Assembly: GCA_039096225.1 (NCBI GenBank)
Contig: JBBPEB010000018.1
Location: 1-64,000 of the forward strand
Length of the DNA: 64,000 nt
Reading direction: 5' to 3'
From: Blastocystis sp. Blastoise
Lineage: Eukaryota; Protista; Bigyra: Opalinata
The notes under the pieces are model-generated. The model saw only the letters and a list, made by a program, of their open reading frames with translations, did not search any database and was not told where the DNA came from. Position numbers and translations under genes: made by a program. This document shows, piece by piece, positions 61,710-64,000 of the stretch (positions within the stretch are counted from its first letter, which is position 1; each line of letters begins with the position of its first letter).

Positions 61710-63737
61710 TCATTACTATATATATGAGAATAGGCAAAAAAATTCCCATTGGTCAGTTTTTGGAAAATGCATTTGATTGGTTAAGGTATACTATAGTTTG
61801 TACCCACAACTCCTCTAAACTTACGGGGAGTTAACTTTTGGTTGAAACACAGTTCAATAGGATATAACATGTAGTTGTGCACCGTATATTTGGTTAAGCG
61901 ATATTGTTTATAATTAAAAAGATATTAATAAAAGAACAGAAAACATGATTTTTGAGTCGTTTTTGATTGGCTCTTTGGGGTGACCCCGATAAAAATTGTT
62001 GACCAGACAATTGGAAAATAAACATGGGGTAAACTTGATTTTTTATCAATCCCACAATATACGTTATCCGTGTTTATTCTTTATATTTATCTATTTTTTA
62101 ATACTTTTTCATATTGAACACGTGAGGCCTTAACGGTCAAATTTAGATTCTTAATTTGACATCATATTCTGATTCAGGAGGTCAAAAAACCTAGGTGTAC
62201 CAATTTTCAGCTCCTGAGGACGATTTTTGAGTGATCGATATTTTCTTTGATCTTCTTATAATCGACTAATATTACAGTATTGTAATTGATAGGTCCTCAA
62301 ACTACTATAGTTAAAACAAAGTCTTAAAATAATGAGTTTGAGTGTCACAATTCTGAAAAATGTGAATTAAGTGGTCTTAGAGGATAAGATTCAATATAAT
62401 GACTTTTATTTAGTAAACTAGAGATAATACTCTATACTATATTAAAAGAAGAGTCAAAACTATGAAAGTCAAAGTGTATGACCAAATGACAAAATGTGTC
62501 TTAAAAAGTAAAAGGGTGTCTATATGTGTTTCAAATGTTAAGTCAAGTCAATTCTATGAATAAGAGCTTTAAATAAATAGTTTAAGGTTGTCAAATTCAA
62601 AAGAATGTGTAAAACATAGTCTTAAACTATGAATAAAAAATTTAGAGATATTAATCAGTGTACAGCTGTAGTAGCTCTACAACATATCAAAAGTACAAAG
62701 AAAATAATTTTTAGAGAGTGGATGTGTGAAGGGTTGTGACTATTATTTAAAATTTATTTTTACTTCAGTTTGAGCAAAATCGTGAATTTCGTGCACTGTA
62801 GAAAAATTGAGTCAAAAAATCAACTCTAAGGGTCTTAATTTTGAAAAATGTAAAAATGAGTGACTTAGAGGACGAGATTCAATATTTGAGTGTTTAGTCA
62901 TTAAACTAGACTGTATGATCTATATTATATTAAAAGAAGGGACAAAACTATTTTGATCAAAGTGTATGACCAAATGGTAAAGTGTCTTTAAAAGTGTTAT
63001 GGTGATGCCAGTTGTGTTTAAGGGTCTAAATCAAGTTTACTCTTAAAATATCAACTTTAAATAACCAGTTAAAGGTTGTCAATTTGTCAAAATGTTTTAA
63101 AGCGTGTCTTAAACAAAGAGATTCAAGAAGTTGACTTTCATTTTATACATAACATGTATATATAAACACTTTACTAAAAGAACTTTGGAAAATATTGTGG
63201 ATGAGTGTTTTGTCAAATGGCAAAGTTGTATCAAGAGTTGATTGTTTCCATTCATTTTTGTTTAAATCAATGTTTTATGTCTACTCTATAAAAATAACCT
63301 TTTAATACTGAGTTTAACGTTTAAAAGTCAACATGTGTGTTTGGTTTGTTTACTTTTGAGAGTTGAAAATCAGTTTAAAATGATAAATTATGACATACAC
63401 GTCTATATTGATTGATTCAAACAGTTTTGAGATGACTTAGTTGCTCGAGTTAAAATGGATTTTGTTCTCATTCTGACTGTTGTTGAGAAGAGGAAGTCTA
63501 AAAAAAACTATAAAAAGTTAGATATATGTATGCAATGTCAAAATTGAAAAGTATAAAGTAAAATGGATTAAAATGAATTTAAAAAAGAGAATATATATAT
63601 ATATATATAATATGTAAAAAATATTAAAGAAAAAGAAAAATAAGACTTCATGTCAGGAATTGAACCTGAAAACAATCTATAATGATTGTTTCTCTCCTTC
63701 TAGAGCATAAAGGGAGTTTATAAATAATAATAATAAT

Positions 63738-63772
<35 letters not shown>

Positions 63773-64000
63773 GGAATGAAGGAAGTAGGAAGAAAGAAGT
63801 AGGAAGTAGGAAGAAAGAAGTAGGAAGTAGGAAGAAAGAAGAAAGAATGAAGAATGAGGAAGAATGAAGTAGGAAGGATGAGGAAGGATGAGGAAGAAGG
63901 AAGAATGAGGAAGGATGTAAAAGTAGGAATGATGAGGAAGAAGGAAGAATGAGGAAGAAGAAGGAAAAAACAAGGATGAAGGATGAGGAAGAAGGAAGAA
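61710..64000 (+). mobile_element. Helitron family A / Hel1-type copy running off the window end
   Basis: A|TCATTAC 5' end; colinear with 4813-7100 but visibly diverged. Confidence 0.88.
63645..63712 (-). ncRNA. tRNA-like cloverleaf (version A1 variant)
   Basis: As 393-460, but the G.U pair in the middle arm is A-U (AAACAATC/GATTGTTT). Confidence 0.65.

Overview
Very AT-rich eukaryotic (protist-like) DNA with short GT..AG introns. About three quarters of the window is a nest of DNA transposons around two multi-exon host genes (26.5-35 kb). It holds two distinct autonomous Helitrons with apparently intact Rep/PIF1 (RepHel) ORFs: Hel1 (+, inferred 4813-23000) and Hel2 (-, 3' end at 49022, 5' end beyond the window). 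It also holds two non-autonomous Helitron families (A: TC...CTAG; B: TT...CTTG) and a CACTA/EnSpm-type element whose transposase introns are invaded by Helitrons. The most unusual signal is a linker-less tRNA-like cloverleaf (mascRNA/menRNA-type geometry) present 8 times in 4 divergent sequence versions, with compensatory changes in its stems, carried by Helitrons and by a CACTA end. Both autonomous Helitrons also appear to carry a co-oriented cargo gene built from symmetric phase-1 mini-exons, one being an array of 24 27-nt microexons. All calls were made by eye; no database searches were run.
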